IMG/VR virus record: IMGVR_UViG_3300044712_002690
Location: 64,001-128,000 of that record
DNA length: 64,000 nucleotides
DNA from: a virus
Reading direction: 5' to 3' (one strand)
Shown here: piece by piece, positions 45,144 through 55,449 of the stretch
Layout of the letters: each line of letters opens with the position of its first letter
How positions within the stretch are numbered: the first letter of the stretch is position 1
Program-made: the position numbers and the translations under genes
The notes under the pieces: generated by a model
What the model was told of the DNA's origin: nothing
The model's database searches: none
The model's input: the letters and a program-made list of their open reading frames with translations, nothing else

Positions 45144-45491
45144 GACTTTTTTCTTTTAAATAAAGAAATATTAAAATTTTTTTTCATAATCCACAATATC
45201 TTCCATTGTTCCTAACACTTTGTTTATAACTGGATAAAATATAATATCATCAATTGTTTTAAGAAGGATGAGCAATTCACTTTTTTCATTGCATAGCTTT
45301 GTAAGTCCAGTTTCTGGACTGTGAGCTACGTACATTATTGGTTATCTTTTCCACAATCAATTTTTTCATTTGTAACCGGAACCATAATTGTGAATTGCTT
45401 TGTTCTGCCACACTGTACAAAAGGACCTTCTGTTCCTTTATGGACTGGACATTCCTTACAACTTCGTAAATCAATTTCCATTTTTACACCT

Positions 45492-45863
45492 TTATTTTAG
45501 TAATTCAATAAAATCATTTGAGTTAAAATATTTTTGTAGGGCTACTAATTCTTCCTTTAGAAAAATAAGAGAACACGTTGTATCTCCTGATACTGAGATA
45601 AGTGTTACTTGATATTTAAAATCAGGAAGTTTTTCAACCATTAATCTTTCTGTTTTAACTTCTTGTCTGTGTTCTAATAGTTTATCATATGTAGTTTTGG
45701 TTAATTGCATATAGAAAATAAAAAACAAACTAATTGCGAAAATAATGATAGAAGTAAGGTGAAATTCAAGTCTATTTCCACCTTTTTTTTGTTTTTTTAC
45801 ATAAATAATAGAAAGTACAATAATGCTTACAGTTACGGTACAATACAAAGAAATTAACAGCAT
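45492..45863 (-). CDS. Hypothetical membrane protein
   Basis: Hydrophobic N-terminal segments. Confidence 0.5.
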   Translation of the reverse strand: MLLISLYCTVTVSIIVLSIIYVKKQKKGGNRLEFHLTSIIIFAISLFFIFYMQLTKTTYDKLLEHRQEVKTERLMVEKLPDFKYQVTLISVSGDTTCSLIFLKEELVALQKYFNSNDFIELLK

Positions 45864-45873
45864 GACAATCTCC

Positions 45874-46065
45874 TTAGCAAAAAGCGTAAATGAAGGATTT
45901 TACTGACGTATCTTTAGTCATAGCAGCATTAGAGAAAACAATAATGGGCTCCTTACGGTAGAAGCCCAAAGTAAAATCTGTTTTATGTGTGTAACCTAAA
46001 TCTTCTAGCAAATATTTTAATGAATAAAGCTCTTTAGTAGTAGCTTTTAATTTCAGATATTTCAT
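45874..46065 (-). CDS. Hypothetical protein
   Basis: Small packed ORF. Confidence 0.5.
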   Translation of the reverse strand: MKYLKLKATTKELYSLKYLLEDLGYTHKTDFTLGFYRKEPIIVFSNAAMTKDTSVKSFIYAFC

Positions 46066-46237
46066 TTTTTATTTCTGACTTAATAAATTTTAAACATTCA
46101 TGTCTACTATTATTATATTCTGGATGAATATAGTCAATTCCATAATGTAAATCTTTAATTATATATCTTACACAGTAATCTCTAAATGGACATCTTTTTT
46201 TCGTTAGTTCACCTGAACAAAGATGTGGGCTAGACAT
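46034..46237 (-). CDS. Small Cys-containing hypothetical protein
   Basis: LCSG...CPFRDYCVRY; packed ORF. Confidence 0.55.
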   Translation of the reverse strand: MSSPHLCSGELTKKRCPFRDYCVRYIIKDLHYGIDYIHPEYNNSRHECLKFIKSEIKNEISEIKSYY

Positions 46238-46422
46238 TAAGGTTTCCTTTTTATTCCATATTCACAAAGTACAACAACTAGAGCTAATACACCAAGTGAT
46301 GACCATATACTAATAAATAAAATTTTATTAGGGAAGCTAAGATACTCTAAACTTCCCTTATACCAAAGTATAGCACCTGATACAGCACCGCAAATAAACC
46401 AAAGAGTCCATTCTACAATCAT
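46237..46422 (-). CDS. Small two-TM membrane protein
   Basis: Two hydrophobic segments. Confidence 0.55.
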   Translation of the reverse strand: MIVEWTLWFICGAVSGAILWYKGSLEYLSFPNKILFISIWSSLGVLALVVVLCEYGIKRKP

Positions 46423-46424
46423 TT

Positions 46425-47072
46425 CTACTCTGTCTCCTGTATTGTTGCTTTTCCATTTTTAATTTCAATGGTTCTATATTTCTTTTTTACTACAGTGACA
46501 CCTATGGGAATCTTATTTTCTTCTATAACTGATATTCTATCATTTACTTCTTGTAGCTTTGCTTTCCAAGGTGTTAATTGCATATCAATGTCTTTTTGAT
46601 AATTTTGATTAACTACTGAAGCTCTCCAATCTGCATCTGTCCAATATACCATTCTAAAATAACCAACCATTAATGTAATTGCAATTAAAGGTAAAATTAC
46701 TATAACTGTAATTAAAGCTACCTTTTTAAGGAAAAGTACATCAAGTGTTAATTTAACATTCTTTCTTTTTTTCTTTGCAATAGTTAATTTAGGTATAGTC
46801 CAATTAAGTCCTATCTCTTTTCTTTTAATATTAGGTTTTAATACTGGTATTCTAATATCTAGATCAATAGTATTAAAATAATCTTCAATTTGACCAGCAG
46901 TAGTATAATTATTTGATACAGGTATCTGTTTCTGTTTAGGTGCATTTTTTAAAATTTCTCTAGTCTTAGCTCTACCTAATCTTTGATATTTAGTATCATC
47001 AAATGCTTCTTTAATTCTAGTAAAGAAAGTCCTTTTTCTACCACTAGTTTTCCATGTAGTAGGTTTATCCAT
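46425..47072 (-). CDS. Hypothetical membrane-anchored protein
   Basis: Basic N-terminus, single TM VALITVIVILPLIAITLMVGYF. Confidence 0.6.
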   Translation of the reverse strand: MDKPTTWKTSGRKRTFFTRIKEAFDDTKYQRLGRAKTREILKNAPKQKQIPVSNNYTTAGQIEDYFNTIDLDIRIPVLKPNIKRKEIGLNWTIPKLTIAKKKRKNVKLTLDVLFLKKVALITVIVILPLIAITLMVGYFRMVYWTDADWRASVVNQNYQKDIDMQLTPWKAKLQEVNDRISVIEENKIPIGVTVVKKKYRTIEIKNGKATIQETE

Positions 47073-47541
47073 CTATTTTCCCTCGACTATACTTATCTTT
47101 AATACGAACGATATCATTTTCATCATTTTCACCAAAAGCTATGTCGAGAATTTTACCGTATGGTGCATCACCAATATATTTAACTCGATGTACAACAAAT
47201 CTATGGAATCCAAAAATGTCTCCCTCTAACGCAATTTGTGAAATCATATTTTCACTGAGGAATTTTTCAAGCTCTTTAGTTCTAAAATCATCATCATCAG
47301 ACATAGCAATTTCTTTAGGAATAGGTATTTTGCTGTATTCTACAACAAATGAGTTATCAAGAATTAAATACTCTTGATCCCGTCTAAAATGATATTGTAG
47401 TGAAAGACATTCACCTGGTTTAACATACAAAATCTTAGTCGTAGACTTTACATTATCAGCATACAATCCATAATACCCCCAAGGTCTTTTTACCTCAGAT
47501 GTATTAAATGGTTCTATCATTTCATTTCTATTTAATTTCAT
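47065..47541 (-). CDS. Cupin (mannose-6-phosphate isomerase type II C-terminal-like)
   Basis: KRPWGYY...KILYVKPGECLSLQYH..R; start at MKLNR. Confidence 0.8.
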   Translation of the reverse strand: MKLNRNEMIEPFNTSEVKRPWGYYGLYADNVKSTTKILYVKPGECLSLQYHFRRDQEYLILDNSFVVEYSKIPIPKEIAMSDDDDFRTKELEKFLSENMISQIALEGDIFGFHRFVVHRVKYIGDAPYGKILDIAFGENDENDIVRIKDKYSRGKIDG

Positions 47542-47903
47542 TATTTTCTCCCATTTACAAGATTCCAGATATGTACTGCTTCTTCTTTTGATGCTTTGAA
47601 ACCGCTGTGTGCTCCGCATGATTGACAGGATACTCCCCAACGTTTGCCTTCCCAAATATTCTCTATAACACTACAATCAGTAGAGTCACAAGAGTAACAG
47701 GGTTTTATTTCAGAGTCTGTTTCAATGTGTTTATCATCATAAGGAATAAAACAAGAAGTAGGTCCTTGAGGAGATTCATATACATGAATCCATCCTCCAA
47801 TTGTTCTAATAAATAGTGAGAAGTATTCTCCATCTTTATTGAATTGAAGAAGTTCTCCAATTTCCATGTTAAGCATTGCTTTTGTTAATTCAGTCTGTTT
47901 CAT
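47541..47903 (-). CDS. Protein with C-terminal Lar (restriction alleviation)-like zinc finger
   Basis: KPCYSCDS...VSCQSCGA...EEAVHIWN. Confidence 0.65.
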   Translation of the reverse strand: MKQTELTKAMLNMEIGELLQFNKDGEYFSLFIRTIGGWIHVYESPQGPTSCFIPYDDKHIETDSEIKPCYSCDSTDCSVIENIWEGKRWGVSCQSCGAHSGFKASKEEAVHIWNLVNGRK

Positions 47904-48144
47904 TTAATTCCTCTTTAAGTGCATTTACTCTTTTATATTCTTGATCACCGAGACCCATAGACATATCTTTAATAGCTCTGATATATCCTTCACGGTAGCT
48001 TTCTATTTTAGACTTTTTACAAAAGTCTTTATGTTTATCAGAGAAACTAGTAAAGATAAGTATTATTACTATACAAATAAGTAATATAACAGAAAGAGGA
48101 GAAAGCCATTCAATTAATTTAACGGTTTTGTTTTCTAGCTTCAT
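47890..48144 (-). CDS. Small membrane protein
   Basis: TM segment, then ESYREGYIRA. Confidence 0.55.
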   Translation of the reverse strand: MKLENKTVKLIEWLSPLSVILLICIVIILIFTSFSDKHKDFCKKSKIESYREGYIRAIKDMSMGLGDQEYKRVNALKEELNETD

Positions 48145-48155
48145 ATAAATTAAAG

Positions 48156-48252
48156 TGGGGAGCCTTTTACTAAGAATTACCTATAGCCCAGATAGAGGTA
48201 AAAGGCTCCCCATAGATTTATCTATCCGATTAAGGATACTTATCTAGGGCTA
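48156..48252 (-). promoter_or_regulatory. Intergenic structured element with overlapping stems (possible RNA switch or pseudoknot)
   Basis: 15-bp stem UGGGGAGCCUUUUAC/GUAAAAGGCUCCCCA; its loop (UAUCUGGGCUA) pairs with upstream UAGCCCUAGAUA. Confidence 0.55.
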
Positions 48253-48314
48253 CATCAAATAAAAATAAGTTCTTTTATCATTTTTTTACTAGGAAAATTT
48301 TGAAAATATGAAAT

Positions 48315-49085
48315 TTAATCAACTATTCTTGCCATCATTCCTGATTTAGCTCTAATAAGAAGTTGATCAAATTCATAAACTCCGTTTTCAGAAAAATGTA
48401 CTCCATCAGCAGTCATATTAAATTTAGGGAACATTCCCAAGAAACCTGCAAATTTCTTTTGTAAAGGCAGAAATACAGCATTCATGTCTGATAATACCCA
48501 TTGATATAGTGCTGCTTCAAATGCCATGGCATTTTTATTCACATAGATATCAACTGTAGGTGGAATACCATAAACAATAATTCTAACTTTTGGATTAGGT
48601 ATCATAGCCCTAAGATCTTTTAGAACCTCAACTGATTTTTGAATAGTAATATCAATAGGTTGCATTGCAAGTAAGGGATTACCACCAAGGCAACCAATAA
48701 TGATATTATTTACATAGATTTTATTTTCCATCATAAAAGGAATAATTTCTTTATACATATCCCTCATATGGTTTGCCCAAGAACCAGCAATATTAAAGTT
48801 TCTATCTTTCTTAACAGCTGTATAAGTGTCTTTCGTCCAACCATCCATCAAAGAATCTCCAAAGCTAACTGTATCTCTAGCAGCAGCTTTAGTTGCTAAC
48901 AATTCTTTTTTGTATTGTGCAAGTCTTTCATCATGCAGAATATGTTTAATATTCCAAGCTGATGGATCTTTAGGAAAAGAATTAGGATCCATAGAATTCA
49001 AAACAACAAAAGTTTTCTTTGTTTGATCTTCATACTTTTTCTGTGACAGTGACGTTTTAATTGCTGCCCATAATTTTGATAACAT
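48315..49085 (-). CDS. SGNH/GDSL-family hydrolase
   Basis: FGDSL, IAGS, GCLGGN, DGVH. Confidence 0.8.
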   Translation of the reverse strand: MLSKLWAAIKTSLSQKKYEDQTKKTFVVLNSMDPNSFPKDPSAWNIKHILHDERLAQYKKELLATKAAARDTVSFGDSLMDGWTKDTYTAVKKDRNFNIAGSWANHMRDMYKEIIPFMMENKIYVNNIIIGCLGGNPLLAMQPIDITIQKSVEVLKDLRAMIPNPKVRIIVYGIPPTVDIYVNKNAMAFEAALYQWVLSDMNAVFLPLQKKFAGFLGMFPKFNMTADGVHFSENGVYEFDQLLIRAKSGMMARIVD

Positions 49086-49094
49086 ATTACTCTC

Positions 49095-49364
49095 CTAATT
49101 TTTTGGTGTAAAAACTTGTTCAAAGGAATATTTAATATAATATTCAATTCTTGTGTGATTACATTTAGGGCAATTTGCTGTTGGTTTTTCTACTTGAAAC
49201 ATTTTCTTGCATTTTAGACAAATACAAGAAACTGTTTCAGATTGATTAGTACCAGCATACTTAAAAACTCGATCTTCAATAGTTATATCTTTAGGATTAT
49301 CGTCCGGAAGATGTTTGGCCTTTAACTTTTGGAGCAGTTGTTTTAGCATTTGCTTCACCTTCAT
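49095..49364 (-). CDS. Small zinc-ribbon protein
   Basis: CLKC...CPKC. Confidence 0.55.
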   Translation of the reverse strand: MKVKQMLKQLLQKLKAKHLPDDNPKDITIEDRVFKYAGTNQSETVSCICLKCKKMFQVEKPTANCPKCNHTRIEYYIKYSFEQVFTPKN

Positions 49365-49704
49365 TTTGTTTAATTTGACTAAAATCTACATATCTAACAA
49401 TAAAATCTCTATCATTGATTTTTGCAAAAGAAAAATCAGAAATATTCATTCCTTTTATAAACTCATCCATTTCTTTAATAGAGTTAAACTGTTTCTTTTT
49501 TATTTCGTACGTACCAAATTGTCCTATCTGTTGTCCAAGTAAATTTAAAACGAAACTTCCAGAAGTAGAATAACTACTTGAAGAAGACATAGATGTAGTT
49601 ACATTTGTTATTTTAATTCCACCACTAATTAAAAGATAAACATTACCGCCAATAGAGAGAATAAGAAAAATAAGAACTATTTTATCCTTTATCCAGTCAA
49701 TCAT
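49297..49704 (-). CDS. Hypothetical membrane-anchored protein
   Basis: N-terminal TM, Ser-rich linker. Confidence 0.6.
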   Translation of the reverse strand: MIDWIKDKIVLIFLILSIGGNVYLLISGGIKITNVTTSMSSSSSYSTSGSFVLNLLGQQIGQFGTYEIKKKQFNSIKEMDEFIKGMNISDFSFAKINDRDFIVRYVDFSQIKQNEGEANAKTTAPKVKGQTSSGR

Positions 49705-50146
49705 TCTTTACCTCCTTATGTACATAAATAGTTTGATTTAATTTAATTCCAAAATGATTTGCTTGTTCGTGCGTCATTAGTAAAATATCAATTTTTTTAC
49801 CTTTAATCAAATATCCAACATCTACACAAAGATATTTTACTCCATCATATTCAATAATAGAGTCTAAAGGAATAATAGTAGGATCAACAGCACAAATATT
49901 AAATCCTTTAGTTATGTAATATTCCATTGAGGGCCCTTTTGCTGTTAAACCAGCCCATTGTTCATTACAACAAGCAGAAGGGCAATATGCAGTTACAGTA
50001 ACACCTGTAATTTTTTGGCTACTAGTATAAGAAGCTGAAGCAGAAGCTTCCTTTTTTCTATCAAGTAATGTAAAGAGAATAATTAATGCAACTAGTGTAT
50101 AGAAAATAACTAAAAAAATGAGTTCCTTCTTTTTAATATAGTTCAT
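49697..50146 (-). CDS. 3D-domain (MltA-like) cell-wall enzyme with N-terminal anchor
   Basis: VTVTAYC, AVDPTIIPL, CVDVG..IKGKKIDI. Confidence 0.85.
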   Translation of the reverse strand: MNYIKKKELIFLVIFYTLVALIILFTLLDRKKEASASASYTSSQKITGVTVTAYCPSACCNEQWAGLTAKGPSMEYYITKGFNICAVDPTIIPLDSIIEYDGVKYLCVDVGYLIKGKKIDILLMTHEQANHFGIKLNQTIYVHKEVKND

Positions 50147-50658
50147 TAGTATATTTTATAATACCTCTCTTTATTTTTTTGTGCAGCATCACTATGATAA
50201 GTGATAGCATTAACATAACCCCAGTTTCTATAATTACTTTTTTTAGATGCAGGACCAGCATTATAAAATCGTAGGGCTTCTTTTTTGTCTCCTTTAGCTA
50301 AACGGAGGCAATAAGCGTAATAAGGAACACCAACTCTAAAATTTACATCTGCAAAACGTAAATCTTCTTTAGGGCCAGGATAATTAAAAGGCATAATTTG
50401 ACCGAGACCTAAAGCACCAGAAACAGAAACTTGAAGAGGTACTTCTATCCATCTGGATTCTGCTTTTACAAGTGCAGCATAGTCATCTAGAGAAACATTA
50501 CTAATTTTACATTGGTATTGTAGGCAAGCATAAGCATGAAAACTCATATTTGGATAATGAGATTTCAATCGTAAATAATCAATCCATCCATCATCTGTTA
50601 TGGGTGGTTGTAGAAGCAATAAATTGAAAATTATTATAGTTAGGATAGTAATTTTCAT
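50146..50658 (-). CDS. SLT lytic transglycosylase (endolysin candidate)
   Basis: ALVKAES, GALGLGQIMP, ALRFYNAG; hydrophobic N-terminus. Confidence 0.88.
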   Translation of the reverse strand: MKITILTIIIFNLLLLQPPITDDGWIDYLRLKSHYPNMSFHAYACLQYQCKISNVSLDDYAALVKAESRWIEVPLQVSVSGALGLGQIMPFNYPGPKEDLRFADVNFRVGVPYYAYCLRLAKGDKKEALRFYNAGPASKKSNYRNWGYVNAITYHSDAAQKNKERYYKIY

Positions 50659-51269
50659 ATATTAAAGAACCTTCTCCTTTCAAGAATCCATAAACAGCGT
50701 TGTGTATCTAAATCATAAAGATGATTTTCAATCTTTATGTATTGTTTTGAAAATTCTAATTGATTATTTGTAATAGTATTATCTACAAAAGGAAGTATTG
50801 TTAGAATACCACCATCACTTAGCTTGAATTTAAGTTTATTGTAAAAGCTACCCCAATATACAAAATGGTCTTTTTTAGGATCAAATTCCAAACTATTTAA
50901 TTCAATAAAATTATCAACTCTGTGTTTTTTAATCCATTTATACATATTAACTACATCTGTTTTTCCTTTTGGGAAAAAAGATTCTGGCCATTCAATGTCT
51001 TCTATAGCATCATAATGTTTTTCATAGAATTTAATGAAAACTTTAAATACTACTTCTGTTAATCTAGAATTATAGTTAGATAAGATATAGTAGAATAAAA
51101 ATATACTGAGAGATACAGAATTACAGAAATGTCTTAATCCCTTCTTTACTTTTCCAATTTGTTGTCTAACAAAAGATTTACTTTCTGTATAAAAAACTAT
51201 TCCTAATGCAAATAAACCGAAACAAATAATAAGTAATACTATAACACGAGCAATGTTAGTACTTTCCAT
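50655..51269 (-). CDS. Hypothetical membrane protein
   Basis: Two N-terminal hydrophobic segments. Confidence 0.6.
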   Translation of the reverse strand: MESTNIARVIVLLIICFGLFALGIVFYTESKSFVRQQIGKVKKGLRHFCNSVSLSIFLFYYILSNYNSRLTEVVFKVFIKFYEKHYDAIEDIEWPESFFPKGKTDVVNMYKWIKKHRVDNFIELNSLEFDPKKDHFVYWGSFYNKLKFKLSDGGILTILPFVDNTITNNQLEFSKQYIKIENHLYDLDTQRCLWILERRRFFNI

Positions 51270-51325
51270 GTTGTTCTCTCTATATTAATTTAATATTAAT
51301 ATATCAAGAACAATTTCTTTTCTAA

Positions 51326-51823
51326 TTACCAATTAATACTATTTACTTCCGCTTCTGTTGTAGCAGCATCAATTTGAGCTTCAAGTGTCCATCTTTTTTG
51401 ATAAAGAAGAACACCATGTACTTGCATTTCGGTAATTAATTGTCTTAGCTCAGGTATAGTAACACCTGGTTTAGTTTCTGTATATCCTTTGTAGTCAGTA
51501 GATGTTAAACCTTGTAATTCCATGACAGCAATAAGACTATCAACATTCTGTAAGTCGTTTTTAATATCTGATCTTCTAAAATCTACTTCTATTCCTAAAG
51601 ATGTAGACATAAAATGACCAGCTCTAAATTCATTTTCAAATGAAACTAAGATTTCTTTTTTCTTATTTTCTTTGAAAGGGTTTAAATTAAGTACCCAATC
51701 AGTATAATCTTCATTAGGTATATGAAATTGTGACGGTCTTTGCTTTTTCATTTCTATATCAAGGTAATAACGTAGATCACCTTCATAATATTCGCCATCT
51801 TGTCTACTTATATAGAATCCCAT
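51326..51823 (-). CDS. DUF4376-like tail-fibre-associated protein
   Basis: C-terminal LEAQIDAATTEAEVNSINW; follows a tail-fibre gene. Confidence 0.7.
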   Translation of the reverse strand: MGFYISRQDGEYYEGDLRYYLDIEMKKQRPSQFHIPNEDYTDWVLNLNPFKENKKKEILVSFENEFRAGHFMSTSLGIEVDFRRSDIKNDLQNVDSLIAVMELQGLTSTDYKGYTETKPGVTIPELRQLITEMQVHGVLLYQKRWTLEAQIDAATTEAEVNSINW

Positions 51824-54043
51824 TTAGAAACCTCTTTTTGCTATCATGAATATTTTCCATTTAGATGCTGTAGCGGCAGCAGCGTTTCCAGTAGGGTCAA
51901 GAATATATGGAGTATTTGCTGCTGACCTATATTGAGCTGTTATTTTAGTTATTTTTACTGGACCTGTTGCAAATACACCTGCTGCACCAACAACTATAAA
52001 TTTAGCTATATCACCAGGTACATGTCCTAATTCTGCTGAAATATTCCTGCCATATACTTCTACGTCAGTTATTAAAGAAGTACCCATGTTATGGCTAAAA
52101 GATTGGGTTACGTTTGCCGCTGGCATAATTACATCTGCTGATTTATAAGTTCCATTATAAGCATAAGTTCTTACATCTGAAACTGCTGCTGCTAAGTTTG
52201 TAGAATTATAGTAATTTACAGTTGTATTTGCTGCATTAAGTGCTGTCGTTGCTCCTACAAAGTTTCCATCAGATTTCATAACAGTAATATAACCTAACAG
52301 GATATGTGAAGCTGTGGGGGCTGGCTTAGCATTTATAGCGTCAGTTTCAGTTGTATATCCAGCAGCATTTCCTGCAGCATCCTTACTATGTATAGTTCCA
52401 TCAACGCCTATTTCCCAACCGAATAATCCCCATTTATTTTGAGGTACAGTAGTCGCTGTTAAAGCTTGCCCTGTTACAGCAGCCTTATAATATCCTAAAG
52501 AAGCTATCTGATAATAGAAAGCATCTGTCTGAACCTGTGTAGTAGTTCCACTTATTCTTAGATTAGGGCTGGAAATATTTCCATCACTTGTGCTTCTTCC
52601 ACTTTCACACTGACCAATATAAACTGTTTGATCTTCAGACCACGAAGCAGGATTTCCATAATACATTTTATAATCATTTGTATTAAGCCAATGCACCGAG
52701 GGTGTAGTTAATGTAGTAGGAGCAACAAAATCAGCTGTCCACAATGCATATGGTAGAAATTCATAGTTATCAATATACCCTGTCATTGGATAACCAAAAT
52801 CGGCATAATAACCAAGCTGGATATATTGTGTCATATACAATGTTGCACTACTACTAATAACTGCATCAATAGTACCATCAACAAATACTCTATAACAAGT
52901 ACCATCAAACACTAAAGCTAAGTGATACCATTGATTTTGAGTCCAAGAAGTTTTAGTTCCAGTTACTCCGTTAGCAATAGTCCAACTACCAGTTGCACTT
53001 GTTAAATGAATAATTAATCTAGTTCCATTGTGATAAATAAGTGTACCAAATTGAAGATCATTTGATAGAATTGTTTGATTACCACTAATAGCATCTAGTC
53101 TAAACCAGCAATGTTGTGTCCATTTCGTTGATGGGATAGGTTGATTAAATCTCACATATCCATTAGTTCCTTTCAATCTAAGCGATGACGATCCTGATTT
53201 ATATTGAGTAGTAGATATTTCAGCGTTAGCTGCTGAAAAAGTAGCTACATTATTCATTAAATCAGTATATGAAGTTGCTGTATTTAATCCTTCAAAAGTA
53301 GCACAAATAGAACCAATCTGTGAACCTATGAAAGTAGTATCTGCATGATATGGGTAACTAGAGCGACCGGCTGAAAAATTTCCTGCTGATACTCTCTGAA
53401 AAAATAAGTAGTGTGTTGTGAAAGAAGAATATAAATTAATAGTTTGGTCCGTTGAAACTGATTCAATATAATCAACAGCACCTCCATTATTATAACCACC
53501 AGCAAAACCAATAACTGCAGCGGTCGGGGTGTTATCCATATCAACAGCAAGACCACTACCAGCAGCAAGGGCTGAAGGTAATCCAGAAGTATCAACTTTT
53601 CCAATAAAAACAGTATTTCTTACAGTTGTATTAATTGGTTTTATTGTAGAGTACAATACTTTCTTTTTAGAATAGGTGTCTGCACTATCTTCAATAACAA
53701 ATACATCTGCATCAACTAAAGAAGTTTTTTCTGTTAATGTAGAAATTTCTCCAGAAGACGTTAAATGTATAGCATTTAGGTCTGATGCTGAAACAACAGC
53801 CCACGTTCCATCACCTCTTAAATACATTGATGTGTCATTAGGAGCTTTAGGTGTATAACCATGTTTAGTTATTGAAACATCGTTAGTTGTGTTATTTGTA
53901 AAAGAAATTTCTGTTTCAGCAATACTATTTCCACCACTTAATACACCACTTCCATTATTTTTAACAATACCAGTAGAAGTAAATGTAGTAATGATTAATC
54001 CAGTAGCTGTAGCATTACCTATTGATGGGTTATCAATAATCAT
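51824..54043 (-). CDS. Tail fibre / receptor-binding protein with LamG (ConA-like) domain
   Basis: WTQHCWFR...WYHLALVFDG..YRVFVDG...GYIDNY. Confidence 0.75.
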   Translation of the reverse strand: MIIDNPSIGNATATGLIITTFTSTGIVKNNGSGVLSGGNSIAETEISFTNNTTNDVSITKHGYTPKAPNDTSMYLRGDGTWAVVSASDLNAIHLTSSGEISTLTEKTSLVDADVFVIEDSADTYSKKKVLYSTIKPINTTVRNTVFIGKVDTSGLPSALAAGSGLAVDMDNTPTAAVIGFAGGYNNGGAVDYIESVSTDQTINLYSSFTTHYLFFQRVSAGNFSAGRSSYPYHADTTFIGSQIGSICATFEGLNTATSYTDLMNNVATFSAANAEISTTQYKSGSSSLRLKGTNGYVRFNQPIPSTKWTQHCWFRLDAISGNQTILSNDLQFGTLIYHNGTRLIIHLTSATGSWTIANGVTGTKTSWTQNQWYHLALVFDGTCYRVFVDGTIDAVISSSATLYMTQYIQLGYYADFGYPMTGYIDNYEFLPYALWTADFVAPTTLTTPSVHWLNTNDYKMYYGNPASWSEDQTVYIGQCESGRSTSDGNISSPNLRISGTTTQVQTDAFYYQIASLGYYKAAVTGQALTATTVPQNKWGLFGWEIGVDGTIHSKDAAGNAAGYTTETDAINAKPAPTASHILLGYITVMKSDGNFVGATTALNAANTTVNYYNSTNLAAAVSDVRTYAYNGTYKSADVIMPAANVTQSFSHNMGTSLITDVEVYGRNISAELGHVPGDIAKFIVVGAAGVFATGPVKITKITAQYRSAANTPYILDPTGNAAAATASKWKIFMIAKRGF

Positions 54044-54048
54044 ATTTA

Positions 54049-55437
54049 TTACTCATATATCAATGTAACATTTATATTATTAGAACAAGTATAACATAAA
54101 CCTGTATAGAACGGTAAATCTTGAAAATCAATACTAGCTACACCTGCTCCTGTTGCAATACCTAAAGATTGGTAAAGGATAGTCCCACCTGTTGTAGTAC
54201 CATCGTATATAGTTAATACAGCAGAATTGTTTCCTGAATGCACAACAGCACCATGTAAATTCCCAGCACCATATTTGCAAATTACAGCTGCAGTTTGAGT
54301 ACCAGAAGTAAATTTAGATGTAGGTTGTGAAATAAGCGGACCTAATCTCCTAATTGAAGCAACACGACAAGTTAAAGTATTGTTACTTGTAATACCACCT
54401 GAGTTAACATTATCCATATAAACATAATGACTCATAGTAGCAGACCATGTAGCAGATGAGGCGCTAACTGTATGTAAAATTTGGTCACTTACTATAAACC
54501 AAACTTTTGAATTAGTCCAATAAATTTCATATGTATGAACTGTTATACCAGGGTCATATGTTAAACCTAACTTTCCATTAAATGATCCTGAACTAATTCT
54601 TGCTTCTGAAGTTCCCTTATTTGTTACAATACTAAAAGTTGATCCATCTAATTCAAAATATGCTCCATCAGTAATAGCAGGCATTGTAGCTCCCCACGCT
54701 ATCCCCCACCTTCTTTTGTTATTTGTAACTCCTGTTGATAATTGAACTACTACTCTAAAAACCATACCAGAAGCAGAAACATATCTTCCTCTTCTTATCG
54801 ATGTTAATACTGTAGCACCATTTGGAGAAGTAGTATTAGTAGCTAAAACAACTTGAGCATTAGCTTGTGTTGTTGTGCCACCAGCAGTATTTGTTACAGC
54901 CCAAAAGTTAGGGTCTACTGTAGTACCGTCAAATGAGGCTCCTACTAATCTAACGGGTTCAACTACTCTCATCTCCCCTATAGGAGTATTTTCAACTCCA
55001 AATCCATATAAATCTTGTATGCTTTTTATACCAACTTTGAAATTACTTTGTGCATCTAGTGTTCTAGGTACAGCTTCAACAATAGGGCATAAAATTGATG
55101 TTATTCTAAAAACTGTTGTAGCTGCAGAAGCATTATTATTTACAACTCGAACTCTAAAATAAGAATTAGTCGCTTGAACTGTAATTCCAAAAGAAGAACT
55201 AGCATAATAAGTATATGAATCCGATATATCCCAATGAGGCCCAGTTGGTGTTGTGTCAGGTGATTGATCTACATATACAGTACAGTTTTGATCAGCATAT
55301 AAGTTTACTTGTATTCCAGCTATTCCCAATGTACTATCTACAGTACCTGTATATGTACCACCAGCAGCCAAAATACCTGTTGAGGTATTAAGTGTCGAAA
55401 CAACTATATTTTGTTGGAATTTACTAAAGTAACTCAT
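54049..55437 (-). CDS. Beta-rich virion structural protein
   Basis: Thr/Gly/Val-rich, lectin-like HTYEIYWT segment, within the tail region. Confidence 0.55.
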   Translation of the reverse strand: MSYFSKFQQNIVVSTLNTSTGILAAGGTYTGTVDSTLGIAGIQVNLYADQNCTVYVDQSPDTTPTGPHWDISDSYTYYASSSFGITVQATNSYFRVRVVNNNASAATTVFRITSILCPIVEAVPRTLDAQSNFKVGIKSIQDLYGFGVENTPIGEMRVVEPVRLVGASFDGTTVDPNFWAVTNTAGGTTTQANAQVVLATNTTSPNGATVLTSIRRGRYVSASGMVFRVVVQLSTGVTNNKRRWGIAWGATMPAITDGAYFELDGSTFSIVTNKGTSEARISSGSFNGKLGLTYDPGITVHTYEIYWTNSKVWFIVSDQILHTVSASSATWSATMSHYVYMDNVNSGGITSNNTLTCRVASIRRLGPLISQPTSKFTSGTQTAAVICKYGAGNLHGAVVHSGNNSAVLTIYDGTTTGGTILYQSLGIATGAGVASIDFQDLPFYTGLCYTCSNNINVTLIYE

Positions 55438-55449
55438 TTAATTTAATCC

